Source: a virus (Duplodnaviria > Caudoviricetes). From it: 37,646 nt of DNA. The translations under genes and the position numbers were made by a program. Shown here one piece after another: positions 1-9,232 of the stretch; within the stretch, counting starts at the first letter, position 1; each line of letters begins with the position of its first letter. A model generated the notes under the pieces. The model was not told where the DNA came from, did not search any database, and saw only the letters and a program-made list of their open reading frames with translations. The stretch lies in IMG/VR virus record IMGVR_UViG_3300013004_000008, positions 1 to 37,646 of that record; one strand, 5' to 3'.

Positions 1-123
1 AGGTTGTCGTTGGGCAAGGCGGGGTCTATTACCCGCTTTTGTTTGATGCTCTAAACTATTTCTGGGCGTCTACTGAAAATGCCGCAAAGGGAATGGCGGA
101 ACGTCTTAACGAAATTTCCAGAG
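1..123. repeat. Terminal direct repeat, left copy (circular assembly overlap)
   Basis: 1-123 is identical to 37524-37646, and the reading frame continues across the join. Confidence 0.97.
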
Positions 124-3100
124 CTAACGGAGGCAAGATTTACATGGCGTTGACATCCGCGCCAATCACTAAGCTTTTCAGCTCGACCACCATGTCTAGC
201 GGAGTGGTGGATATTTTGGCGAAGGTAGCCAAGTATCCAAAACGATATGGCCTAACTCCAGATGATGTTGTTAAAATCATTTCGGTCGCAAGCTCGCTGA
301 AGCTTGAGAAGAAGCTTAAAAATAAAAAGACCGGGGTAACTAGGACGGTAGTCAAGTCATTCACTAATTCAGTTCCCGAAAACGTATCACTTCCAAAAGC
401 CGTTAAACTTATCAAAGCGGAACTTGCCGCTGATAAATCGACGTTTGATATTCGGCATAAGTTCGTCAAGTCAATTGCGGCACAAATTGCCAAAGCCCTA
501 GCTGATAAGCCGGAGCAATCCAAACGATTTGCTAATCTTCTAGTTGGCGAAACCAACGAGTTTGCGAAAGGCCCAATGCGCAAAGGCAAACTTAGCGAGG
601 TGGCAATTCTTCAAGGTCTAGGCGATCTGCTTTCAGAACCATTTTTGAAAACCTTTCAAAACGTCAAGACGGGAGGATATGTTTATGCGGTGATCGAAAT
701 GGACGGGGAGGTCGAGGCAGTTCCAAGCGATCTTCACAAATCGTATCCCTTCGCAATTCGGTCTACATCCAAGAAGAAACCAACCGTTCACCTGATCGAT
801 AAAGCCAGGAAATGGCATGACGTTGTGGGCATCAAAGGCCAAAAGGGATACGTCGCAAAAGAGAACTACACAAAAGTATATCCAACGTCAGGCGTTTCGT
901 CTAAATCTTATGGGACGCTAGTATTCACAAAGCCAAATCCTAAAGGCGAGGAGGGCGTTGATATTACTTCGTTTTCGACCGTCACGCCAGCAGCAGATAG
1001 CAGGGCCGCGAAAATTAAGAAAAAGAATTCCTTGCGCATTCAAATGTCACGCAGTGCCTTGACTGATGCGGCATTGAATCAAGCAAGCTGGCGCGATTGG
1101 TATGACGAACACCAAGAAGTTCTTGATGATTTCTTTGGGGACTATGCGCCATTGTTTCAAGACATTCTTTCGATTACCTCACAAGCGGCAAGCGTTAAAG
1201 CCAATGTTTCTTTGGCACTGAGAGCGTTTGGCTATTATGTGCGAGGTGAAGCCTTTGATGGCACAAAGCGAGGCGAAGAAACTCCTGGCTTTTTGGCTGG
1301 CGTCATTATGAACCTTGATCGCTTGAGAAGCGACAAGCAAATCCAAGGGCAAAAGATTAAAGCTTACAAAGCGAGCAACGATGGAGCAGTGGATCAAGCT
1401 GTAATTGATCGACATATTTCTCGCTTATTGTTTGGCGTTGAAACACCTTCTGCTGCGCAGTTTGCAAAAGCACAAAAAGTTCTATCACAAATTGCCAAAG
1501 AAATTGGGTGGACTGCCAGACAAGTTCAAGCTGCTCTATGGGCGCACTCAATTTACAAAAGCGGAAAAACACCTGAATCATATGGAGCCTACCTCACAAA
1601 ACTTGAATCAAAAAGAACTCTCGCAAAACGAATTGGAGATATTGCTGGAGCAGGCGCAGGCCGCAATGCAGACGGTGGAGGACGGGGGAGATTTGCTCCA
1701 GCTAGCACAACTCCTGGTGAAACAACCCTCTCCGTAATCCGCCCAATCGGCGACATCGACTCCCGCTTCACCGCGATGTTCTCGCCCTTTCAACGCTCGC
1801 CAGAACTGAGGGCGAAGCTTGGTGAGGAGATGCGGAGGCGAGCCTTGGAAATCAGCAAGGTGCTTGCGCCGATCCTTCGGGCAAACCGCACTGCTAAAAG
1901 CATTGATGAGGAGCGCAAGCAACGCTTCGATGCACTGTGGCAGGAGAAGATGGAGGCAAGGATTTCCCCCTCGGAGCTAACTGCCATCGAGGCCGGGAAG
2001 CTCGACGATGCATCCACAAGACCAATCCTTTCGGAGTTGCTTCGCAAGAAGACTTACAGGCGAAAGGACGGCAGGACGGTAGAGTATTGGGCTGGATCGT
2101 TGATGTCCAAGGCGGAAGCAAAAAGGCGCGGCATGGATACAACCTCCGGCGAATGGGACGACATACCAGAGGGTCTACCTAGCTACGTTTACGGTGGAGG
2201 GCTAGCCCCAGATCAGGCGGCAAGCATGTTTGGGTTTGATTCAATTGCGGATTTTTGGTCCGCACTTGAAAATGAAATCGCTTCTTGGAAAAACGTTGAA
2301 GCAATCAGCGAGAGAATTAGTCGCGAGATCGCGGACATCACTCGCGAAGCTAGGACTGAGGCGAGAGCATGGGCAACGCAAGCACTGAAAGAACGCAGCA
2401 CTATTGGTAGTGATCGCGCAACGCTGATCGGATTCTTGCGCACGCTCGATGCCATCCAGAGAACGCTCCCGGTCGAGGTGCGCGGGAAGATCGGTGGGTT
2501 CGTTGCGCTCGCGAAACTTACAACTCCTGCCGCGATGCTTGATGAGATCGAGCGTCGAGTTGAGCGGATCGACTCAGAGCTTGAGAAATACCTCAAGAAA
2601 GAAGCAGAGGTTCGCAGGAAGAAACTCTTCAAGCTGACAAAGCCAAAACGGGAAGCCGGGAAGAAACCCAAGGGCAAGGCCGGGGCGGATATCCATGACC
2701 TGTTCGACCGTCTCGCGGAGGCAATGCTTTGGGATGGCACTAAAGCAGAGGGATGGGCAACAACGCTTGAGGCTCAGATTGCCAGTGGAGACCTTTCGCC
2801 GGAAGCTGAAGCTCATGCCAAGATCGAGGCTAACCTGGTCCGGTTGTTCTCCGATTGGAACGATACCTACATTGATACGGGGAAGAAAGGGAAGAACGGC
2901 AGGCGCATCGTCAAGCTCAACAGTCGGGGGGCAGGTGCCGCTCGACGCACTGCTGCGGTTGAAGCGGCAGAAGAAGTGTGGAAAGCGGGATATCTGGCAG
3001 AGCAAACGCGCATCGCAAAGGAGCGGGAGCGTCGAGCGCAAATTCGGGCGGATATCATCGCCGGAACCGGGAAGCTTGGGAGCCGTCCTGAGCGAGTGGC

Positions 3101-5054
3101 AAAGTCGCAGAAGGACGCTGGTCTCTCGGGACAGTGGAAGGAGTGGTTCCTGTCGCTCTTTAATTTTGAACAGGTTCTCGGATTTGCCTTCGGTGATAAT
3201 TCCAAGTGGAATCAGTGGTTCTCGGATCAGCAAAGAACTGCGGAGAATCAGAAGCTCGATGAAATTCAAACCGTCCTCGATGGGCTGGATGCCCTGTTCC
3301 GCAAGCTAGGCGGATCGCGACTAGGTGGGGAAAAGCTTCAATGGAAACTCTCGCAACCGTCGTTTGAAACCAAGAAGGGCGGGAAGATGTCGGAGCTAGA
3401 AGGCATCACCGCAATCCTGATGTGGCGGCAGGAGGACGGCAAGCGGCACATGGCAGGCAAGCGAGATGAGAACGGAAAGATCACCTCCACCTGGGCCTAC
3501 GATCAAGCGTTTGTCGATGAGATCCAGAGCAAGCTTTCTGCCGAAGCTTTGGAGGTGATGGACTACCTTGTTGATCAATATGCAGGGGAATACGAAACGC
3601 TGAATCCGATCTTCCGCGAGATCAACGGGATCAATCTCCCGCGCAACGACAAATACTCTCCGTTGTCGGTCAAGCCGCAGCAAGCTCCGAACGGCCAGAC
3701 AACAGATCCCGTCACTGGATCGACCATGAGCAACGGCAGCATGACTCCCGGCAGTTTGAGGACTCGGGCGCAGGTTGTTGCCGAACCGGACTTCCGCAAC
3801 GCCATCGAGGTCTTCGTTGGGCATAAAAAGCAACTGGCGCACTGGAAAGCGTATGCCGTCTTTATACGCGATGCGCAGGGAGTTCTTGGGAATCGTGAGG
3901 TCAGCAACTCAATCGAAGCGTCAAGCGGACAGGAAGCTGTGCGCGTGATTCGGTCATGGCTGGATCTGTTCGCTCAGGGCGGAGTTCGCGATGCTGGAGC
4001 GCACCTTGCTCTCACTAAGGCTCTGAGTGGCGCAATGGGGCGAGCCTCTGCCATCCAGCTTGTCGGGCGACTCGGGACTCTCGCAATTCAAACAACTCAG
4101 CTAGGGGCGGCGTCTGCGAAGATGCCTTTCATTTCCTACGCTTCTCGCCTGTCAAAGCTCCTTACCGGGAGGTTGTCATGGGCAGACGCGTTGAACTCTC
4201 CCTACATTCAGCGACGACTTGCGCAGATGCCGCCATCCGTTCAAATCGCAATGGAAGGACTTCGCGCAGGAAAGCCGAACGCAGTTAAACACGCAGTGCA
4301 ACGGATCGGTCGCCTGTTGGCGGGAACGGATGCGCTCTTCACCGCAGGAACCTTTGCCATCGTTTACGACTATCAACTGACAAAGTCGCTCAAGGCTGGA
4401 GTCGATCCCGTTACCGCAGCAGAGGTCGCTCGAAACGAAGCGGAGCGCATTGTCGATGAGATCGCGCAACCTACAAGGCAGGGAACGCGCAGTCTTTTTG
4501 AGTCCACTACAACCAATCCCCTTGGTCGAGTAGCGTGGGCGTTTGCATCCGAAGCTAGGAAGAACATGGCACTGGTTGCCTACACCGGGGCAAAGCGTCC
4601 AGTTGGCGAGCTTTCCCGCGCATTGCTTTACGTCATTGTTTTCAATGGAGTTCTCTCTTCGTTGATCAGGACGGCATGGAAAGACCTGCGCGATGACGAC
4701 GAGGACGAGGACGAGTGGAGCCTTCAACGAATCCTTTTGAGCGTGGCCACCGAACCGCTTTACGGATTCCCAGGCTTTGGTGAAATCGCGCAGGATGCGA
4801 TCTTCGCCGCAGCAGGTGAATACACACCATCCGGTTCGATTCTCGACGCACCGAAGAAAATTCCGACAGCAATTGTTCGCGCACCAGAAAATTTCCAGAT
4901 GCTCCTCGAGGGCGACCTTGAGCAACCTCTCAGGGATCTCGAAACTCTCCTAATGGCGGGAGGTCTGTTCAACGACAACATCGCAGCAGTCTCTTCCCTC
5001 GCGCATATCGTTCGCGATGCCGAAGCTCTTATTCGTAACTTTACCCAAGACTAA
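3..5054 (+). CDS. C-terminal part of the giant polyvalent/ejection (gp16-position) protein that starts at 32861
   Basis: The frame is open from base 3. Base 39 corresponds to 37562, which is in the same frame as ATG 32861. Contains an unknown module, a WY...VIDRH...QVQAALW module and a long helical C-terminal region with a hydrophobic segment. Confidence 0.9.
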   Translation, partial: VVVGQGGVYYPLLFDALNYFWASTENAAKGMAERLNEISRANGGKIYMALTSAPITKLFSSTTMSSGVVDILAKVAKYPKRYGLTPDDVVKIISVASSLKLEKKLKNKKTGVTRTVVKSFTNSVPENVSLPKAVKLIKAELAADKSTFDIRHKFVKSIAAQIAKALADKPEQSKRFANLLVGETNEFAKGPMRKGKLSEVAILQGLGDLLSEPFLKTFQNVKTGGYVYAVIEMDGEVEAVPSDLHKSYPFAIRSTSKKKPTVHLIDKARKWHDVVGIKGQKGYVAKENYTKVYPTSGVSSKSYGTLVFTKPNPKGEEGVDITSFSTVTPAADSRAAKIKKKNSLRIQMSRSALTDAALNQASWRDWYDEHQEVLDDFFGDYAPLFQDILSITSQAASVKANVSLALRAFGYYVRGEAFDGTKRGEETPGFLAGVIMNLDRLRSDKQIQGQKIKAYKASNDGAVDQAVIDRHISRLLFGVETPSAAQFAKAQKVLSQIAKEIGWTARQVQAALWAHSIYKSGKTPESYGAYLTKLESKRTLAKRIGDIAGAGAGRNADGGGRGRFAPASTTPGETTLSVIRPIGDIDSRFTAMFSPFQRSPELRAKLGEEMRRRALEISKVLAPILRANRTAKSIDEERKQRFDALWQEKMEARISPSELTAIEAGKLDDASTRPILSELLRKKTYRRKDGRTVEYWAGSLMSKAEAKRRGMDTTSGEWDDIPEGLPSYVYGGGLAPDQAASMFGFDSIADFWSALENEIASWKNVEAISERISREIADITREARTEARAWATQALKERSTIGSDRATLIGFLRTLDAIQRTLPVEVRGKIGGFVALAKLTTPAAMLDEIERRVERIDSELEKYLKKEAEVRRKKLFKLTKPKREAGKKPKGKAGADIHDLFDRLAEAMLWDGTKAEGWATTLEAQIASGDLSPEAEAHAKIEANLVRLFSDWNDTYIDTGKKGKNGRRIVKLNSRGAGAARRTAAVEAAEEVWKAGYLAEQTRIAKERERRAQIRADIIAGTGKLGSRPERVAKSQKDAGLSGQWKEWFLSLFNFEQVLGFAFGDNSKWNQWFSDQQRTAENQKLDEIQTVLDGLDALFRKLGGSRLGGEKLQWKLSQPSFETKKGGKMSELEGITAILMWRQEDGKRHMAGKRDENGKITSTWAYDQAFVDEIQSKLSAEALEVMDYLVDQYAGEYETLNPIFREINGINLPRNDKYSPLSVKPQQAPNGQTTDPVTGSTMSNGSMTPGSLRTRAQVVAEPDFRNAIEVFVGHKKQLAHWKAYAVFIRDAQGVLGNREVSNSIEASSGQEAVRVIRSWLDLFAQGGVRDAGAHLALTKALSGAMGRASAIQLVGRLGTLAIQTTQLGAASAKMPFISYASRLSKLLTGRLSWADALNSPYIQRRLAQMPPSVQIAMEGLRAGKPNAVKHAVQRIGRLLAGTDALFTAGTFAIVYDYQLTKSLKAGVDPVTAAEVARNEAERIVDEIAQPTRQGTRSLFESTTTNPLGRVAWAFASEARKNMALVAYTGAKRPVGELSRALLYVIVFNGVLSSLIRTAWKDLRDDDEDEDEWSLQRILLSVATEPLYGFPGFGEIAQDAIFAAAGEYTPSGSILDAPKKIPTAIVRAPENFQMLLEGDLEQPLRDLETLLMAGGLFNDNIAAVSSLAHIVRDAEALIRNFTQD

Positions 5055-5056
5055 CC

Positions 5057-5479
5057 ATGCTCTCATCCACAACAACCCAGACCGGACAACTCACTGGCAA
5101 CGCATCCACCAGCATAACCTACGCGATTGGCTTTCCGCTTGCGGATGCAGCAGACATCCAAGCAATCACTAGGGTTACCGCTACAGGAGTCGAGGCAACA
5201 TTGACATCCGGTCAGTTCACGTTCACCCCAACGATCACTTCCGGCAGAATCACCGGAGGCACTGCAACGACCAATCCGGCGATCCCAATTACCTCGACCA
5301 TCCGCTTCCGCCGCGTGACTCCGCGAACGCAGACCTTCGACGTTGTCCAAGGCTCCCGCTTTTCCGCCGAAGCACTGGAGTCCGCGCTCGACAAAATGAC
5401 AATGATCTTGCAGGAGATCGAGCGTGACTACCTTGCGGCGGATGTTGCCATCGACACTCGACTCGACGCACTTGAATAA
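5057..5479 (+). CDS. T7 gp17-like tail fibre N-terminal adaptor domain, stand-alone (140 aa)
   Basis: TGNASTSITYAIGFP...IRFRRVTPRTQ...GSRFSAEALESALDKMTMILQE matches the podovirus fibre attachment domain pattern. It follows the large ejection protein and stops after a short coiled coil. Confidence 0.75.
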   Translation: MLSSTTTQTGQLTGNASTSITYAIGFPLADAADIQAITRVTATGVEATLTSGQFTFTPTITSGRITGGTATTNPAIPITSTIRFRRVTPRTQTFDVVQGSRFSAEALESALDKMTMILQEIERDYLAADVAIDTRLDALE

Positions 5480-5484
5480 TCCAG

Positions 5485-5509
5485 TTGACGGTTCGCAGTT
5501 TGACGCAAA
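5485..5509 (+). promoter_or_regulatory. Putative late promoter motif ahead of the lysis genes
   Basis: TTGACG-N8-TTTGACGCAAA, with 11 nt to ATG 5521. The same architecture occurs at 14317, 17192 and 20727. Confidence 0.65.
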
Positions 5510-5520
5510 TCCCTTGATCT

Positions 5521-5691
5521 ATGAACGCTCCCATTATCCTCGGTCTTGTTCGCCACATCCTCACCATTGGCGCAGGTGCGCTCGCTTCTCGCGGCGTGAT
5601 CGGCCACAACGAGATTGAGATCACCGTTGGTGCAGTTGCCGCTCTTGCCGGGATTGCTTGGTCCGCAATGGAAAAAAAGCGCCGCCAATGA
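5521..5691 (+). CDS. Putative holin (56 aa, two hydrophobic segments; not in ORF track)
   Basis: MNAPIILGLVRHILTIGAGALASRG...VGAVAALAGIAWSAMEKKRRQ: two TM-like segments, basic tail, ATGA overlap with the endolysin. Confidence 0.8.
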   Translation: MNAPIILGLVRHILTIGAGALASRGVIGHNEIEITVGAVAALAGIAWSAMEKKRRQ

Positions 5692-6332
5692 TCGACATCA
5701 AAAGCCTCTCGCAACCGGATGCTGTCATCGTTCAGCATGGTCTCAAGGCGTTGGGCTTTTATGACGGCACTACCAACGGCAATCCCGGTCCACTAACGCA
5801 GGATGCCTACAGTCGCTACCTCAAGAGCTTGCTGGTTGTAGAGCAACCGGGGAACAGTTTGGCGGCAAAGCTTGTCGGAATTCTTAAACGCGAGGAGGGA
5901 GTCCGCGAGCAACCCGTCAATAGCAACCGGGGCGCGAGAGTTCAAGAGTATCAATCCGCGACCTGGCTTCCCGGCTCCGGTTGGGCATGGTGCGCTGCAT
6001 TCATCTGCTGGGGCATCCGCGAACTCGAAAAGCTCGCAGACCTGCCGTTCCCGCGACCTTTGACCGCAGGCGCATGGGATTTTGAGCGTTGGGCAAAGGA
6101 GGACGCAGGTCCAACCGTCAAGCTGTTTAAACCGCAGCAGGAGATCAAGGCAGGCGACATCGTGATCTTTACCTTTTCCCACATTGGTCTCGCCATCGAG
6201 GACGAGAAGAACGGGATGGTCAAGACGGTCGAAGGGAATACCTCGACAAGCGGATCTCGGGAAGGTGGAGGAGTTTACATCCAAGATAGGAAGACTTCGC
6301 TGATTCGGTCGCACATTCGCTTGTTTGCATGA
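5688..6332 (+). CDS. Endolysin: peptidoglycan-binding domain plus CHAP amidase/peptidase
   Basis: N-terminal VQHGLKALGFYDGTTNGNPGPLT (PG-binding-like); WCAAF, AGDIVIF..SHIG and TVEGNTS CHAP motifs. Start placed at the ATGA overlap. Confidence 0.88.
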   Translation: MIDIKSLSQPDAVIVQHGLKALGFYDGTTNGNPGPLTQDAYSRYLKSLLVVEQPGNSLAAKLVGILKREEGVREQPVNSNRGARVQEYQSATWLPGSGWAWCAAFICWGIRELEKLADLPFPRPLTAGAWDFERWAKEDAGPTVKLFKPQQEIKAGDIVIFTFSHIGLAIEDEKNGMVKTVEGNTSTSGSREGGGVYIQDRKTSLIRSHIRLFA

Positions 6333-6445
6333 TCCCGTCCGCTATCTTCGGTAGCTTGCTCATGATCGCGGCATTCGTCCTTGTGCTAAAATGCGCGAAG
6401 GACAATGACGATGACTTCCCAGACTTCCCTGACGGTCACAGGTGA
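6329..6445 (+). CDS. Small single-pass membrane protein (38 aa), possible lysis accessory
   Basis: MIPSAIFGSLLMIAAFVLVLKCAKDNDDDFPDFPDGHR; start and stop overlap the neighbouring genes. Confidence 0.55.
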   Translation: MIPSAIFGSLLMIAAFVLVLKCAKDNDDDFPDFPDGHR

Positions 6446-6735
6446 TGCCGCTTCCTGCCTGCCTCTGTTGCCCCCAAGTCGATTTTGTTTGCTCCTTACA
6501 CAAGGACGCACCTGCTGATCCTCCCGCCCCTAGCAGCAAATTGGGCGTTGACTGTCCTTGGAATCCTGATGATTTGCCGGAACGCCTGCGAGGATACGGG
6601 CATCGCGGAGCCGATCAGGACGGTTACGATGGCGAGGAGTGGGTCACGCCGCAGGAGGATCTTGAGGCTCAGATGATCGAGGCGACTCGCGTTCTCCTTG
6701 ATGCGGTCGAGATCGAGGTGGCAGAAGGGCTTTAA
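6445..6735 (+). CDS. Hypothetical protein, Cys-rich N-terminus and acidic C-terminus
   Basis: TGATG overlap with the preceding ORF; fills the gap before the intergenic promoter region. Confidence 0.5.
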   Translation: MPLPACLCCPQVDFVCSLHKDAPADPPAPSSKLGVDCPWNPDDLPERLRGYGHRGADQDGYDGEEWVTPQEDLEAQMIEATRVLLDAVEIEVAEGL

Positions 6736-6753
6736 GCTTTTCTCCCTCGACAT

Positions 6754-6793
6754 TAAAAAAATCCCTTGCGAAGTTTAAGTGAGGCGATATCAT
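6754..6793 (+). promoter_or_regulatory. Putative sigma70-type early promoter
   Basis: A-tract, then TTGCGA (6766-6771), 16 nt, TATCAT (6788-6793), in the intergenic gap ahead of the small early genes. Confidence 0.55.
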
Positions 6794-6836
6794 GCCCATG
6801 TCGAGCGGATGATCCGCCGACGAAAACAAAACGACC

Positions 6837-7076
6837 ATGACAACGAGTTACCTCACCGAAAGCCAAATGGAAAGTCTGATGACCGAATGCCGGAATCTCC
6901 GCAAAGGCCACAAGCTTCAAGGCAACCGCAAACCATACACCGTGATTGTGGATGGAGATCACCACTACTTTAGCACCACGACCAGCCTGAGTAAGTTTCT
7001 GTCTTGCTGCACATTTCCCGAAAACTTCCGCACCTTCCGCAACTTTGACAAGGGAGTCACTATCAACCTCGACTAA
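6837..7076 (+). CDS. Hypothetical early protein (79 aa)
   Basis: First ORF after the putative early promoter; A/C-rich leader. Confidence 0.6.
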   Translation: MTTSYLTESQMESLMTECRNLRKGHKLQGNRKPYTVIVDGDHHYFSTTTSLSKFLSCCTFPENFRTFRNFDKGVTINLD

Positions 7077-7085
7077 TAAATTAGC

Positions 7086-7487
7086 ATGAGAATCAAACTC
7101 AACATACAAAACAACTCCGCGATCAACGCGGAACTCCTCAAAATCAACGGCAGGGCGGAATCGTTTACGATCTCCTGCACCAAGCAAATCCTTGAGGCGA
7201 TCAAGAAGGCGGAGGAAAAGCTTGCCGTCCTCCCGAAGTCGCAGTGGCAGGGGATCGTCTTTTCTTACGTTCCCGCCGGACCAACTGCGCGATCCTACAA
7301 ATTCAACGCCACCTCGACCGTCGTTCGTGTTGAGAGGGGAGCCTCTGATTGGTTCTTGGTTGCTATCGGCAAGGTCGCGGTTAGTCCCAAAGAGCGCGAG
7401 CGACTCTCGATTGAAATCACCCCTGATCAATCCTCTGAGATTCAACGCCGCGCAGTCGCGGAATTTTACGTTAAACCCAAAGCATGA
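7086..7487 (+). CDS. Hypothetical early protein (133 aa)
   Basis: Tiles with neighbours; globular protein-like composition. Confidence 0.75.
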   Translation: MRIKLNIQNNSAINAELLKINGRAESFTISCTKQILEAIKKAEEKLAVLPKSQWQGIVFSYVPAGPTARSYKFNATSTVVRVERGASDWFLVAIGKVAVSPKERERLSIEITPDQSSEIQRRAVAEFYVKPKA

Positions 7488-7654
7488 AGATCCTAATCGA
7501 CATTGATGATACGGAGGGCGAGGTGCTTGACGCTCTCGCCGCAGAACAAAGCAGGAGCCGAACAGGGCAAGCTCGACACTTGCTCCTCAAGGCAATCCGC
7601 GAGGCAGTTGCCCAACCTCAACCCCAGCCGCAACAGGAGGAGGAGCAAGCATGA
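7484..7654 (+). CDS. Ribbon-helix-helix (Arc/CopG-like) DNA-binding protein (56 aa; not in ORF track)
   Basis: MKILIDIDDTEGEVLDALAAEQSRSRTGQARHLLLKAI shows the strand-helix-RS-helix pattern; ATGA overlaps on both sides. Confidence 0.7.
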   Translation: MKILIDIDDTEGEVLDALAAEQSRSRTGQARHLLLKAIREAVAQPQPQPQQEEEQA

Positions 7655-7848
7655 CCGCAGTCGCCGATCTGCTCCTCGATATGTCCGCAAGGGATGTCAT
7701 TGGGACCAAGATCAAGTTCTTGTCGCCCAAATCCATGCGCGTTCGTCGCGGCATCGTTCGCGGGATCTCCGCAACCGGAGTCCGCGTTGTTACTCCTACG
7801 GGAGATCCCTTCATCCTCCTTTGGTCCGAAATCCTTGAAATTCTATGA
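7651..7848 (+). CDS. Hypothetical protein (65 aa, small beta-barrel-like)
   Basis: ATGA overlaps at both ends. Confidence 0.65.
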   Translation: MTAVADLLLDMSARDVIGTKIKFLSPKSMRVRRGIVRGISATGVRVVTPTGDPFILLWSEILEIL

Positions 7849-8126
7849 TCGACATTCTCCACAACCGTAAGCTCGACAACCGTGAGTCGAGACTCATCGA
7901 GTTCCTCCGCTGGCATTGCCTGCATGGCACTTCGGATGAACTCCGCGACATCATTGACCGCGCCTTTGAAGCGGGAGTCGCCGCCAAGTCCGACGCTGAC
8001 TTTGCGCAACGGATGCACCAAGCTGACATCGCTGAGATGATCTCTGCGATCCATCAAGCTCGCCCTGTCGCGATGAACGTCAAACCTGGTGGCATGATCG
8101 CTCTGCTCCGAAAGGAGGGCGCATGA
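7845..8126 (+). CDS. Hypothetical protein (93 aa)
   Basis: ATGA overlaps at both ends. Confidence 0.65.
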   Translation: MIDILHNRKLDNRESRLIEFLRWHCLHGTSDELRDIIDRAFEAGVAAKSDADFAQRMHQADIAEMISAIHQARPVAMNVKPGGMIALLRKEGA

Positions 8127-8320
8127 GTTCCTCCGGTGTAGTCCAACGCTACCTTCTTGAGGGGCCGCACGCCGAAAGGTTTGTTACGCTTGAGATCGAG
8201 CGGGGCGAAGTGGTCGCAGTTGTCTGCAACGAGACGGGCGAGGAACTCCCGGTCGAGTCCATCCTGCGGGAGGATTACGATTACGCGATTGACGAACTTT
8301 TACAGAAAGCACTTGTATGA
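8123..8320 (+). CDS. Hypothetical protein (65 aa)
   Basis: ATGA overlaps; GGAGG upstream. Confidence 0.65.
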   Translation: MSSSGVVQRYLLEGPHAERFVTLEIERGEVVAVVCNETGEELPVESILREDYDYAIDELLQKALV

Positions 8321-8541
8321 CACTCGACCACCTTATGGCCCGGCACGGGATGGAAACGGAGAAGCTCCTCGCTGAGATCCGCCAGTTCCGCCAATCCCGC
8401 CGCACGTCCTGCGATGCGCTCGTCTACGACGGGTTCGATGCGCAGATCCGAATGCTGGAGAACCTAGGCCTGCGTCTGTATGCGGTCGAGGAACTCCAAT
8501 CCGAACTCAAGAAACTCTCTGACGAACTCTTCCCTCAGTGA
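8317..8541 (+). CDS. Hypothetical helical protein (74 aa)
   Basis: ATGA overlap with the previous gene. Confidence 0.65.
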   Translation: MTLDHLMARHGMETEKLLAEIRQFRQSRRTSCDALVYDGFDAQIRMLENLGLRLYAVEELQSELKKLSDELFPQ

Positions 8542-8563
8542 GGGACTAACCCAAAAAACGAAA

Positions 8564-9232
8564 ATGAAAAACGAAATCGCTACTACTGAGACTCCAAGGT
8601 CTCGCCAATCCGCCCTCGCCACTATGGCGACCAAATACAACGTCGAGCCTGCTGCGCTCCTCACAACCCTAAAGGAAACTGCCTTCAAGGGCGCGACCGA
8701 TAGCCAGATGATGGCACTCTGCGTCGTTGCCAACGAGTATGGTTTGAATCCCTTTACGAAGGAGATCTACGCCTTCCCTGACAGCAAGAGCGGAGGCATC
8801 GTCCCCATTATCGGCGTTGACGGTTGGTATCGCATCGTCAACGACAATCCTGCCTTCGACGGTTGCGAGTTCGACGTGAACCAGGCTAGCGGCAAGCTCG
8901 AAAGCATCACCTGCCGGATCTACCGCAAAGACCGCGCACGCGCCGTCGAGGTCACCGAATACCTTGACGAGTGCAAGCGTAATACGCCGCCATGGAACAA
9001 TCAGCCCGTCCGAATGCTTCGGCATCGAGCGTTCGTCCAGTGCGCTCGCGTTGCATTCGGTTTGTCCTTTATGGACCCCGAAGACGCAGAACGGATGCGC
9101 CAGTGGACGGCAGAGTCTCCTCGGGATCGCGCAGAGCAGGAAGCCGCGAAAGTTTCGTTTGCTCCTGCCGCCCCCATCGCTCCCGCCATCGAGGCGCAGG
9201 CCGAAGTCATCGAAGAGGGAGGTGCAGCATGA
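8564..9232 (+). CDS. bet: Lambda Red-beta/RecT-family single-strand annealing protein
   Basis: TLKETAFKG.TDSQM.AL.VVANEYGLNPFTKEIYAFPD..GGIVPIIGVDGW.RI and RMLRHRA..QCAR.AFG are Bet hallmarks. Confidence 0.95.
   Translation: MKNEIATTETPRSRQSALATMATKYNVEPAALLTTLKETAFKGATDSQMMALCVVANEYGLNPFTKEIYAFPDSKSGGIVPIIGVDGWYRIVNDNPAFDGCEFDVNQASGKLESITCRIYRKDRARAVEVTEYLDECKRNTPPWNNQPVRMLRHRAFVQCARVAFGLSFMDPEDAERMRQWTAESPRDRAEQEAAKVSFAPAAPIAPAIEAQAEVIEEGGAA

Noticed and set aside
39-41. TTG at 39 as the start of a 1671 aa protein
   Set aside because: The frame is open upstream through the circular join to ATG 32861.
7503-7838. Arg-rich ORF 7503-7838 and the 5' extensions of ORFs 8480, 8992 and 19760
   Set aside because: These are alternative-frame readings over better-supported genes. 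The true starts are at overlap junctions or A-rich leaders (7484, 8564, 9229, 19823).
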